Below the pieces are notes generated by a model, which saw nothing but the letters and a program-made list of their open reading frames with translations, was not told where the DNA came from and did no database searches. A stretch of DNA of 64,000 nucleotides, taken from the NCBI GenBank assembly GCA_963813075.1, contig CAWEXU010000006.1:1-64000 (forward strand), read 5' to 3'. This DNA comes from Methanotrichaceae archaeon (GTDB lineage Archaea > Halobacteriota > Methanosarcinia > Methanotrichales > Methanotrichaceae). Position numbers and translations under genes: made by a program. This document shows positions 10,762 to 20,445 of this stretch, piece by piece (position 1 is the first letter of the stretch; every line of letters starts with the position of its first letter).

Positions 10762-11559
10762 TCAGAGGTACTCCAGCAGAGTCCTGATGTGCTCAAGATT
10801 GGTGGCATATTTGGGCTCGAGGAGCGGCGTGCATTTATCAATCTCGGTCTCCCTGCCCACCAGCTTGATGGCGAAGGCATAGCAGCTCTGCTCACCGCAG
10901 ATCTGGCAGTCGGTGCGGGGGAGGTACTGGTAGATCTCGGCATGGTCCACCTTGACCTTCTCCCGCGGAACGGGGGTGACTCCCTTAATAATGGCCTCAT
11001 TGATGGTCTTTTTCAGGTCTTCTAAAACCTCCCTCGCCTCTGCCTCGCTCTTGATCATGGTCATGGTCACATTGCCCGTGGAGTAGATGGTGATCAGAAT
11101 ATTCCCCTTCTGGATGATCAGCGCTCCTATCCGGTCCGAGTACCTGGCGCGGGGGAAGAGGGGCTCTAACAGTTTTAGCGCTCCTTCCAGCGGCGGCTCG
11201 AAACGGGCGATTATCCTGAACTTGCTGCTGTCGGCGATGCAGGGCAGGAGCTGACGCAGATCGACGACCTGCAGGGGCCTGGTGCCGGCCAGCTCTTTTT
11301 TGGCCTCTGCCGGCTTCTCAGCCTTGGTCTGCATGAAGTTCGTTCCGAAATCCGTGAGGACTACCCTGCCCTCTTTAATGTCAGCCAGGCCCGCCTGCCC
11401 GAGCATCTGCAGGTGGTAGTCGAGCATGGTTCCTCCCACTGCCTGCTCTATCTCTTCTTTTGTCCTCTCCTTTTCCACCAGCATGGCCATGATCTTCCTT
11501 CTCGTAGCATTGGCCATGGCATTGCTCACGAGCTTTACCTCAGCAGGCGATCCAGTCAT
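10762..11559 (-). CDS. ArsR-type HTH protein fused to a C-terminal 4Fe-4S domain
   Basis: N-terminal NATRRKIMAML...LDYHL wHTH; C-terminal LPRTDCQICGEQSCYAFA...C Fe-S motif. Confidence 0.8.
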   Translation of the reverse strand: MTGSPAEVKLVSNAMANATRRKIMAMLVEKERTKEEIEQAVGGTMLDYHLQMLGQAGLADIKEGRVVLTDFGTNFMQTKAEKPAEAKKELAGTRPLQVVDLRQLLPCIADSSKFRIIARFEPPLEGALKLLEPLFPRARYSDRIGALIIQKGNILITIYSTGNVTMTMIKSEAEAREVLEDLKKTINEAIIKGVTPVPREKVKVDHAEIYQYLPRTDCQICGEQSCYAFAIKLVGRETEIDKCTPLLEPKYATNLEHIRTLLEYL

Positions 11560-11563
11560 TTTA

Positions 11564-11627
11564 TATCACATCTTCATATCGCATCGCTATATCGCATTTT
11601 ATCGCATTATATCGCATTATATCGCAT
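11564..11627. repeat. Intergenic array of TATCGCAT units, mostly at 10-bp period
   Basis: Units at 11577, 11590, 11600, 11610 and 11620, plus a TATCACAT variant at 11564. Confidence 0.85.
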
Positions 11628-11629
11628 CT

Positions 11630-12733
11630 TTAGTTTTCGGATTTCAAAGGGCGTTCACAGAATATCTTCTCCTGGGCGGAAGGATAGTACCTGTCCCTCA
11701 GCTTCAAAGCCACATTCACCAGGGCAATCAGGACCGGCACCTCGATCAAGGGGCCGATGACCGCAGCGAAAGCCTCCTGGGAGGCGATGCCAAAGACGCC
11801 CACAGCAACGGCGATGGCCAGCTCGAAGTTGTTGCTGGCCGCAGTAAATGAGAGGGCGGCGGTGTTCTCGTAGCTCACCCCCAGCTTGTAGGACATAAAG
11901 AAGCTGACAGAGAACATCAGCAGGAAGTAGATGGCTAAAGGTATGGCCACGCGCACCACATCCAGGGGGAGCTGCACGATGTAGTCCCCCTTAAGGGAGA
12001 ACATGACCACTATGGTGAAGAGCAGGGCGATGAGGGTTAGGGGCGATATCCTGGGCATGAAATCCCTCTCATACCAGCTCTTTCCCCGCGCCCGGATGAG
12101 GCTGAACCTGGTGATTATCCCTGCCAGGAAGGGTATTCCCAGGTAGATGAATACGCTTTCAGCGATCTGGGATATGGTAACATCCACGGCCATGCCGGCT
12201 GCTATTCCTAAAGCTGCCGGCAGGACGGTGATGAAGATGTATGCATAGATGGAGTAGAAGAAGACCTGAAATATGGAGTTGAGGCCCACCAGGGCGGCGC
12301 AGTACTCGGTGCAGCCGCAGGCCAGCTCGTTCCAGACGATGACCATGGCGATGCAGCGGGCAAGGCCGATGAGGATTATGCCGTACATGAGATGAGGCGA
12401 GTCCCGCAGGAAGATCACTGCCAGGGCGAACATCAGAATGGGGCCCACGATCCAGTTCTGAACCAGGGAGAGGCCCAGGACCTTTCGATCGGTAAAGACC
12501 TGCCCCAGCTCCTCGTACTTGACCTTGGCCAGGGGAGGATACATCATCAGGATCAGGCCGATGGCGATGGGAATTGAGGTCGTGCCGATCTGCAGGCTCA
12601 GTATGAACCGGGTTATCCCGGGAGCATAGTAGCCAAGGGCGACCCCCAGGATCATGGCCACGAATATCCAGACGGTGAGGTAGCGGGATAGAAAATCCAG
12701 ACCCTTGCTCACTCCATTTGACCCATTTGACAT
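11630..12733 (-). CDS. acr3: ACR3-family arsenite efflux transporter
   Basis: [44 protein letters not shown]. Confidence 0.95.
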   Translation of the reverse strand: MSNGSNGVSKGLDFLSRYLTVWIFVAMILGVALGYYAPGITRFILSLQIGTTSIPIAIGLILMMYPPLAKVKYEELGQVFTDRKVLGLSLVQNWIVGPILMFALAVIFLRDSPHLMYGIILIGLARCIAMVIVWNELACGCTEYCAALVGLNSIFQVFFYSIYAYIFITVLPAALGIAAGMAVDVTISQIAESVFIYLGIPFLAGIITRFSLIRARGKSWYERDFMPRISPLTLIALLFTIVVMFSLKGDYIVQLPLDVVRVAIPLAIYFLLMFSVSFFMSYKLGVSYENTAALSFTAASNNFELAIAVAVGVFGIASQEAFAAVIGPLIEVPVLIALVNVALKLRDRYYPSAQEKIFCERPLKSEN

Positions 12734-12796
12734 TTCGCTCCACCATCTCTTGCAAAGAAAATAATGAATAAAGGGGATAAAGGAAACTGAAGGCAG

Positions 12797-13821
12797 TTAT
12801 GTCTTGCCAAGCTTTACGTACTTGGAGCCGTCACCTTCATCCTTACCCTCATGCGCCTGCCAGTCCTCCCAGGAGTAGACGGCAGCCTCGTAATCCATGA
12901 GCTGCAGAGAATATGCCACCAGAGCAGACTGGCTATAATCATCGGAATAGACCACGATCGGCATATCCTTTTCCAGCCGGCTGAAGACTGTGTTCAGGTC
13001 ATCTCCGTTCTTGATCTTGTCCCCTTTGATCACATTTGCCGGGTCCAGGGCAATGGAGCCAGGTATGCGGCCTTTTCCAAAATCGACAAATGGTCGGACG
13101 TCCACGATCTGCGCCTGGCTGGAATTGACATAATCGTATTCAGCTATCACACCCGGCCTGACTGAGGGATTATATTCAACCGCCGGAGTTACCGTCTCCT
13201 GGGCTTCAACCGGCAGACCGGCCGCCTTCCAGTCCTCCAGGCTTCCGTCCAATAGCTTCACATCCTCCTGCCCCAGATGTTTCAGGACCAGGAAGGCCAG
13301 CTCAGCCTCGCCGGAGCTTTCTGTGCTCCCGTATACAACCACGGAGTCCTCTCTGGATGAGGCCTGCCTCTCCCAGGAGCCTGGACAGCTCTTCATCGCT
13401 CTTGATATTGCCATTGCTGTCCAGCAAGTCCTTGCTTGGTATGTGAATCGCGTTCTTGATGTGTGATTTAGCATAACCGTCTCCGTTGGATGCATCAACT
13501 CACCACATCCGAGCTGGAGACGCTCTTCATGGACTTCATGATATTGCCATTGGGATAGGATGCCAGCCTATCAGGCGCATCTTGAGTGCTGTTGGAGCTT
13601 GTCGCTGCGCTTTCTTCCGATCCTTGAGTGGACTGGACCGGCTGACTGGATTCGATGGGCTGAGTGGGCTGACTGGACATTCCTGATCCAGGATCGGAGT
13701 TCAGAAATCCGCTGGGGTCCCAGGTTCCTCCACTGCAGCATCCGCCAGCATTGGCCAGGGGAGCTAAAGCTAACAAAGAAATCATTAGAATTGCAGGAAT
13801 AGCAAAATTAAATTTTGTCAT
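12797..13821 (-). CDS. Secreted tandem-rhodanese sulfurtransferase-like protein (frameshifted)
   Basis: Signal peptide followed by GGCCS; rhodanese hallmarks VKLLDGSLEDWKAAGLPVE and IVDVRP..FGKGRIPGSI; split across frames near 13400-13500. Confidence 0.75.
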
Positions 13822-14227
13822 TGTTGTTACCTCTTTTGTCTTTGGATTCTTTCATAATTTGTGCCAGATTAAGCATCTCAATCACTGCTCCTTCTGAGAG
13901 CCTGTATCTGGACCATCTCCCGTCTTTGCGCTCTTTGATCAGACCGGCATTCTTGAGGATAGAAAGGTGATGAGATGTGCTTGATTGGGGTCGGTCCACG
14001 CCGATCATGATCTCACAGGCGCATAGCTCCCCCTCCCGCAGAAGAGAGAGAATCTTGAGGCGGCAGGGATCGGCCATGGCCTGGAAGATCTCAGATTCCG
14101 CCTTGATCTCCTCCTCATCCAGGTCTACGGTTATGGAGCGCAACCGGTTCACCTTGCACTCCGCCTTATCGCGATCGCCGATGAGCCTGGCCATCCTGTC
14201 GACGGCCTCTTTGGATATGCAGGACAT
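13808..14227 (-). CDS. arsR: ArsR/SmtB transcriptional repressor
   Basis: ADPCRLKIL..GELCACEI...SHHLSILK..GL. Confidence 0.9.
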   Translation of the reverse strand: MSCISKEAVDRMARLIGDRDKAECKVNRLRSITVDLDEEEIKAESEIFQAMADPCRLKILSLLREGELCACEIMIGVDRPQSSTSHHLSILKNAGLIKERKDGRWSRYRLSEGAVIEMLNLAQIMKESKDKRGNNNDKI

Positions 14228-14242
14228 GAGCTTCCTTTCACC

Positions 14243-14386
14243 TCAGCAGCATGAACAGCTTTTTTGCGCACGGAGATTATCCTTCTCTTTCTGCAGACAA
14301 TCGCCGCAGATCCTGATTCTTCCCTTTTCTTTATGTGTGACCAGGAAAAAGGACCTTCCGCTTCTATTGCATATTTCGCATTCCAT
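14243..14386 (-). CDS. 47-aa cysteine-rich small protein (not in the ORF track)
   Basis: Hand-translated MECEICNRSGRSFFLVTHKEKGRIRICGDCLQKEKDNLRAQKSCSCC; GAGGT Shine-Dalgarno upstream; first gene of the arsR operon. Confidence 0.75.
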   Translation of the reverse strand: MECEICNRSGRSFFLVTHKEKGRIRICGDCLQKEKDNLRAQKSCSCC

Positions 14387-14413
14387 AGTGACCTCAAATC
14401 TGCAATATAGCAC

Positions 14414-14438
14414 CATATCCAGCTATTTCGATATATAA
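14414..14438. promoter_or_regulatory. Putative ArsR operator overlapping a TATA box (copy 1)
   Basis: CATATC-N9-CGATATATAA with an ATATC-N10-GATAT palindrome; same motif at 19899. Confidence 0.65.
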
Positions 14439-14765
14439 GAGTTTCCAGTCAGTTGGTGAAACACAATTTCGACATCTGTCTATAATTATATATACTAAAA
14501 TTGATAAAAGTATTATTGCTGTCTACAAAACGTATTTGACAACCAAAGTTGCATGATGTTTTTTAAATATAATTTTACATATGATATTAAGGCAAATGTT
14601 TTCCTCAGGTATGCCTATATAGATCGAATTGACGAAAGTCTTATATCCAATAATGTCGATGTGCCAGGATTAGCTCCTCATACAAGTGACTTGATAGCAA
14701 ATGCCAAGATCCCGATATGATAGCTGGATCGGCATGGGAATGAGTGGGGAAAAGGAGAGTGCATC

Positions 14766-15308
14766 ATGGATATAATATCGAGAAAATCTGGCATAGCCTC
14801 ATTAATTGCAGTATTTCTTCTCGCTTTTGGCTTTTATGCCGCGGGAGCTGAATACTCTGTGGGATCGGAGAACGATGACTGGTGGACGGCATATCCCGAT
14901 CAGTCCACCGGAGCTGGCGGCGAGGTCAGCCATCCGGACTGGGTGCTGGACGCTCTGAAGAATAAGCCTGTCATAATCTATGCGCATAAAAATTGCGGTT
15001 ATTGCGTCCCTCAGACCGAGGCCATGAAGAACATAACCGAAGAATTTGATGGCAAGATCACGATCTTCGATATGGGTGCCGATGGCAGTGACGTCCGGTC
15101 TGGCGAAGCCCTGCAGGCCTACGATCCCGATGGCGGCACTATGTATGTTCCTCTGACCGTCATATTGACCCTGGCTCCTGATTCTGAAGGCGAGGTGGTA
15201 GCAGTATGGCACAGCACAGATCAGGTAACAGGCGAAGAGTGGATCAGGAAATATGTGGAGGACGCCATAAAACAGTATGATGAGAACTCCGCAGACTGGG
15301 ATAACTAA
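14766..15308 (+). CDS. Exported thioredoxin-fold protein (copy 2)
   Basis: Signal peptide, CGYC; shares DWWT.YPD, HPDWVL.AL, YVP, WHS and ADW with 3171-3740. Confidence 0.8.
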   Translation: MDIISRKSGIASLIAVFLLAFGFYAAGAEYSVGSENDDWWTAYPDQSTGAGGEVSHPDWVLDALKNKPVIIYAHKNCGYCVPQTEAMKNITEEFDGKITIFDMGADGSDVRSGEALQAYDPDGGTMYVPLTVILTLAPDSEGEVVAVWHSTDQVTGEEWIRKYVEDAIKQYDENSADWDN

Positions 15309-15338
15309 AGCCGGATCTCAGATAAAGGGATCGTTGCC

Positions 15339-16779
15339 ATGTCCAAAAATTGTAAGCCGTCCCAGATATCGGGATCCATCACTCTTTTTGCTGTATTAAT
15401 TTCCATCATCTTTTCTATCTTCTCCATCTTCTCATTCTTCTTCGTATGCTCAACTCCAGCTCTTTCCCAGGGGGCTATGGCCCCTGATTTTCAGGCAGTG
15501 GATCTTGATGGAAAAAATGTCTCCCTCTCCGGATATCGGGGAGAGGTGGTCCTGCTCCATATCACCAACATAGAAAATCCCCTCTGCCGGGAGTGCGAGA
15601 ATGCTCTTAATGCCCAGACCAACCAGCTCTCCAGGCTGGCGGAAGAGAATCCCGGCCTGAACATCATAACCCTCAATGTGCGGAAGAATTCCTTCTCTCA
15701 GGACGGACGGACTTTAGCGGAAGAATGGTGGAAGGCCAATATCACCTGGCCCTGGATAGAGGACTTTGACCCATATCCCCTCACCGGCAAGTACATCGAC
15801 TACTCAACTCTGGAGGGAGGCTTTGCCAATCCCACCCTGATCTTGATCGATAAAGAGGGGAATGTGGCAGACCTCTACCACGTCTATCAGCTGGGCAAGG
15901 GAGAGATAGACGGCATCCAGAGTGCGGAGTCCTTGAAAAGCGATCTGGAGAGAATAGAGGCAGGCGAAGCCTCAGAATTTGAGGGGATCGCCTCCAGCCA
16001 GGGCATAAACTATCTGGGAATGTTCGCCCTGGGAATTGTCACCTCCCTCTCCCCCTGCTCCATAGCACTTCTGCTGGCCATGTTCTCCTATGTTATGACC
16101 GCCCGCAGGAAGGAGGAGTATCTGAGAAAGACATGCCTCGGCATCAAAAGAGGGCTTTATGATCGGCATAGCCTTCACCCTGGGCATGGCGGCGGTATTT
16201 TTCATCGTGGGCTTTTTCCTCTCGGATATCGGCGTTTTCATCCGCCAGGCCCGCTTCTTTGACCTGGCAGCGGGTCTATTGATGATCATCCTGGGGATAA
16301 ATATCATCAAGCCCATTGGGGAGATCATCGAGCCGGTGCGCTCACAATTGTCTTTTGGCAGAGGCAATTCCGATGCGATTGATGGAGAGACGACAGAGGA
16401 GAAGAAAGGGATTATGGAGAGGCTGGTTGGAGTCTCTATGGACCTATTCCGGTACTCGGCATTCATCGGTGCCTTCACTCTGGGGGTCTTCTTCGCCCTG
16501 GGCTGGGCCCCATGTGCCGTGTCCCTGGTCTTTCCGGTGCTCATCTGGCTAATCTCTCAGGACGTGACGCCAATAGGCGGAGCCCTGATGCTCTTTGTCT
16601 TCGGGGTAGGCCATGGAGTGCCGGTGATACCCATCGCCACCTTCTCCAGAGCGGTGGGTGGGCAGATCGGAGAGAAGTACATCGCTGCTGGAAAGCACGT
16701 AACACGGATATTCGGTCTGGCGGTGATCGTCATCGGATTGATCTATGCGGTGAGGTATCTGGGATTCAAGATGTGGTAA
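15339..16779 (+). CDS. Redoxin-CcdA fusion (copy 2; frameshift near 16130)
   Basis: LHITNIENPLCREC, LSPCS, GWAPC; clear paralog of 3737-5308. Confidence 0.85.
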
Positions 16780-16869
16780 TGCGAAAAGAGTTGCCCCGCG
16801 GTGAGGAGGCCGCCTCCCGCTGGGCTTTTGCATTATCGAAAAGCGGTTTATATTGCAGGGGTCTTGGAA

Positions 16870-17169
16870 TTATTTCCTATCGTCTTCCAGGCTCTCCCTG
16901 GCCAGATACCTCAATCTATCCAGTATGTCCCTGGCTCTCTGCACGCTGTCGCACTGGGAGAGGTCCTTGGGATTGCAGCAGGCCAGAAGGTCCATCATCC
17001 TATCTGCCAGGGAGAATAATCCCTTCTCCTCCAGGCTCTGCAGCAATAGGGCTGCACGATGGTTGAAGTCCCGGCACTCTGAAGATTGGGTGATCTTTTG
17101 GTGAATTATGCAGAGCTCCTCGATCTCCTGCAGCACCTCTCGATCTCCATACTGTTTTGCCATCATCAT
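16870..17169 (-). CDS. Hypothetical protein with five cysteines
   Basis: 99-aa ORF containing LACCNPKDLSQCD; fills the gap between neighbouring genes. Confidence 0.55.
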   Translation of the reverse strand: MMMAKQYGDREVLQEIEELCIIHQKITQSSECRDFNHRAALLLQSLEEKGLFSLADRMMDLLACCNPKDLSQCDSVQRARDILDRLRYLARESLEDDRK

Positions 17170-17288
17170 AACAAATAGCAGGCAGGGAATTTTAATGTAA
17201 CCGGCGCCTGTAGAATTTCATCATAACCCGCTTTCTGCGCCATAAAGCATTAAAGCAACAAACAAAGAACTGACCCTGCACAGGCAGG

Positions 17289-17549
17289 ATGATTTTCATG
17301 ATCAATCTATTAATCGATCGAGAGGGTTGCATAAGCTGCGGCCAGTGCTGGGCGGCCTGCCCCGATCTCTTCGTTGAGAGCGAACAGGATGGCAAAAGTC
17401 AAATCGCCGAGAAGTTTCGCATCGCTGGGAAGCTGGATGAGGGAGTCGCTTTTGAAGATCAAGAGGAATGCGCAAAGAAGGCGGCAGAGGAATGTCCCGC
17501 TCAGGTGATCGGCGTGAGCCCTCCGGCCATGGGCTTCGATGCTATTTAA
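17289..17549 (+). CDS. Monocluster ferredoxin
   Basis: CISCGQCWAACPDLF ... AAEECPAQVI. Confidence 0.88.
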   Translation: MIFMINLLIDREGCISCGQCWAACPDLFVESEQDGKSQIAEKFRIAGKLDEGVAFEDQEECAKKAAEECPAQVIGVSPPAMGFDAI

Positions 17550-17596
17550 ACTCATTTTTCTCATTGCCATCCAGCCAGACAAAATGCTGATTTACC

Positions 17597-18092
17597 ATGA
17601 CGGCATCTGGATATCAGATGATATCAGACTCTGCTTCCCGCTCAGGAGAGGGGAAGAAGAAGGTCCTGTTCCTGTGCACTCACAACTCCGCCCGCTCCCA
17701 GATGGCTGAGGGACTCCTGCGGGCCATGTACGGCGATCGATATGAGGCCTATAGCGCCGGGGTCGAGGCAACAGCAGTCGACCCCCGCGCTGTGCGGGCC
17801 ATGAGTGAGATCGGCATCGATATCTCCGGCCAGCGCTCCAAATCCGCCCAGGAATTTCTGGATACGGTCTTCGACCTGGCGGTCACTGTCTGCGACCGGG
17901 CCAGACAGGCCTGCCCCATCTGCAGCACGGATATCGAGCTTCCCGCCCGGACGCCTCGATGCAAGAGAGGTCATCCACAGAAGCTTCGAGGATCCGGCGG
18001 CGACAAGAGGATCGGAGGAAGAGGAGATGCAGGCCTTCAGAAAAGTGAGAGATGAGATAAAGGATTGGATCTCTCAGACCTTTGGGGGATGA
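17597..18092 (+). CDS. arsC: Arsenate reductase, thioredoxin-coupled LMW-PTPase type (frameshift near 17960)
   Basis: VLFLCTHNSARSQMAEG, VTVCD..CP, and FEDPA..FRKVRDEI in the second frame. Confidence 0.9.
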
Positions 18093-18152
18093 CGGCAGGA
18101 CTCTTTTTTCGCCCTAATTCGCCGTAATATTTCTTTTCTCCTTCTGCAACTA

Positions 18153-19053
18153 TCACAATGCCAGCCAGTTGGCCAGATATCCGACAACAATCGCTATTGC
18201 GATGATGGTGAGCACAAAGGCTGCCAGCATCCTCTTTTTGAAGATGGCGGAAAGAAGCGTCAGCTCAGGGATGCTCGCGCCCGCTCCACCGATGACCAGG
18301 GCCAGCACCGCTCCCGTGCTCATCCCTTTCTCAATGAGGGCCAGGCCGATGGGGATCATGGTCTCCGCCCGGATGTAGATGGGGACGCCTATGATTGCCG
18401 CCACGGGAACGGCAAAGGGATTGTCCCGCTCCGGCGATGCTTGATATCAGCTCCGTGGGCACGAATCCGTGAATGAAGGCACCAATGCCCGCTCCCAGGA
18501 GGAGATAGGGCACGAGCTGGCGGAATAGGCTGAATGCGAAGCTTGCCGAGCGCTGCACTCTTGATTTTGCATCCTCAGCCTGCTGGCAGTCGCAGCAGCC
18601 TCTCACCGCGGCCACAGATTTAACCTGGTTGGCAAAGCCGAGACTGTCGAGCAAAAGACCGATGACGATTGCTGCCAGGAAGGTGACGGCAAAGTAGAGC
18701 GCAGCTGTCTTCCAGCCCAGGAGAATGATGAACAGGGATATTATCACCGGATTGAGCAGGGGCGAGGCAAAGAGGAATGCCATCGCCGAGGCAAAGGGCA
18801 CGCCGGCATTGAGCATTCCCAGGAGAAGAGGTATGGTCGAGCAGGAGCAGAAGGGGGTAAGAGCACCAAAACCCGCTCCAAGAAAGCTGCCCAGAATTTT
18901 GTGCCGCCCGCCAAGAGCCCTCTTTATGGTTTCATCAGGCACATACTCCTGGATCAGCCCCACGAGAAAGGTTATCCCTATGAATAATACTATCAGCTCC
19001 GCGGCGATCTCTATGAAAAATCTCATAGCCGTCGCTAGGTTGTCAATAAACAT
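18153..19053 (-). CDS. ArsP/DUF318-family permease (frameshift near 18425)
   Basis: TPFCSCSTIP, FLFASPLLNP, GAGASIPE. Confidence 0.88.
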
Positions 19054-19083
19054 CTCATCCCACCACCTAAAAATCTTTTTATC

Positions 19084-19503
19084 TTATTTTATCTTCTTCA
19101 GCTCTCGGGCCTGCTTGATCAATTCATTGACCGCGCTGTCTGCCAGGCGGTAGTAGGACCATTTGCCATCCTTTCGCTCTCTGACCAGTCCTGCCTCTCT
19201 GAGGATGGACAGATGATGGGAGGTGGTGGACTGTGGCTTATCAAGAGCAGTCATGATCTCGCATACGCATAGCTCTCCTTCCTTCAAGAGCTTCACAATC
19301 CTGAGCCTGCAGGGGTCGGCAACGGCCTTGAAGACCTCCACCTCCCCTTCCGGGCCATCCATGTCGATCGCCTTCATCAGTGATATGAGCCTTCTGGTCC
19401 TCGACCGCGCCCGATCCTCATCTCCGATGAGCCTGGCCAGGCTGCATATCGCAACCTCGTCGATCGATTCCTCATTGATCTCATCATTCATCGAATCTGG
19501 CAT
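19084..19503 (-). CDS. arsR: ArsR/SmtB transcriptional repressor
   Basis: ADPCRLRI..GELCVCEI; paralog of 13808-14227. Confidence 0.9.
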   Translation of the reverse strand: MPDSMNDEINEESIDEVAICSLARLIGDEDRARSRTRRLISLMKAIDMDGPEGEVEVFKAVADPCRLRIVKLLKEGELCVCEIMTALDKPQSTTSHHLSILREAGLVRERKDGKWSYYRLADSAVNELIKQARELKKIK

Positions 19504-19591
19504 AACTGTCTATTTCACCCACCAACTACTCATAGATTTCTGGCCGGGTCATGAGTGCAGGAATGGCTTTTATGGCCTTTTGAATTGGATC

Positions 19592-19894
19592 CTATTTCTT
19601 CCTGGCCTCCCAGTACCTCTGGTATTCTGCCAAAAAGGCAATTTTATACATCTCCTCTGCCCCCTCGGCGATGAAGTTGAGCTTTTTCAGCTCCTCGACC
19701 AGCTCACTTCCGGTGGAGTCCTCTGGCTTCTTTCCCTTTTTAAAGAATTCCTGCAGGGCTTCATCCAGGCCCATGATTCCTACGCTGCGTCCGCCTACGT
19801 TGATCTGTCTGAGTCCTACAATGCGGGTGCCGCAGCAACAACCGCTGCTGCTCTTATCTCCGAAGATCTTATCTTTCAGTCCCATTTTAATCAC
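19592..19894 (-). CDS. Small hypothetical protein with a CCC motif, paralog of 9340-9639
   Basis: GCCCG N-terminus; similarity to the 9340 ORF. Confidence 0.7.
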   Translation of the reverse strand: MIKMGLKDKIFGDKSSSGCCCGTRIVGLRQINVGGRSVGIMGLDEALQEFFKKGKKPEDSTGSELVEELKKLNFIAEGAEEMYKIAFLAEYQRYWEARKK

Positions 19895-19898
19895 AGAT

Positions 19899-19923
19899 CA
19901 TATCAATAATTGCCGATATATAA
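19899..19923. promoter_or_regulatory. Putative ArsR operator overlapping a TATA box (copy 2)
   Basis: CATATCAATAATTGCCGATATATAA. Confidence 0.65.
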
Positions 19924-20092
19924 TGCTTGCGCCTTATGCAGATTCAGCTAGAAATTGATGTGCATCGAATTGAATTTGTTTTTGATAATCTATATTGCAA
20001 TTCATGCTTATAATTACGCATCAATGATTATGGATATGATATTTTGCTTTGGCTTGGTCGATGACGGGGGGAGATGAAGAAATAAAATAGAT

Positions 20093-20112
20093 TTTTCTGA
20101 TTTTTCAGAAAA
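20093..20112. promoter_or_regulatory. Perfect 8-bp inverted repeat upstream of the AbrB-like gene and arsM
   Basis: TTTTCTGA-TTTT-TCAGAAAA. Confidence 0.5.
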
Positions 20113-20142
20113 TGTTAAATAATCAGAGATCGTAATAAGATC

Positions 20143-20418
20143 ATGGCTGCGAAATCTGATGATAAGGCCTGTTGCCTGCCGGGATCGATGAGCTCCTGCC
20201 GGGTCGAATCCATAGTGAGCATAGATGAGCGCGGGCAGATGGTCCTCCCCAAGGATATCAGGGAAAAAGCAAAGATCCGGCCGGGAGACAAGCTGGCAGT
20301 GGTGAGCATGGAGAGGGATGGAAAGATCTGCTGCCTATCATTGATCCGGGTTGAAGAGCTGGAATGCATGGTGAAGTCTGTGCTGGGGCCGGTTATTGAT
20401 GATATATTCAAGAAATGA
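20143..20418 (+). CDS. AbrB/MazE/SpoVT-fold, Cys-rich DNA-binding protein (HgcC-like)
   Basis: SIDERGQMVLPKDIR..I.PGDKL swapped-hairpin motif with two CC pairs. Confidence 0.8.
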   Translation: MAAKSDDKACCLPGSMSSCRVESIVSIDERGQMVLPKDIREKAKIRPGDKLAVVSMERDGKICCLSLIRVEELECMVKSVLGPVIDDIFKK

Positions 20419-20445
20419 TGTCAGAAGCAGAATTAGAGGTGAATT

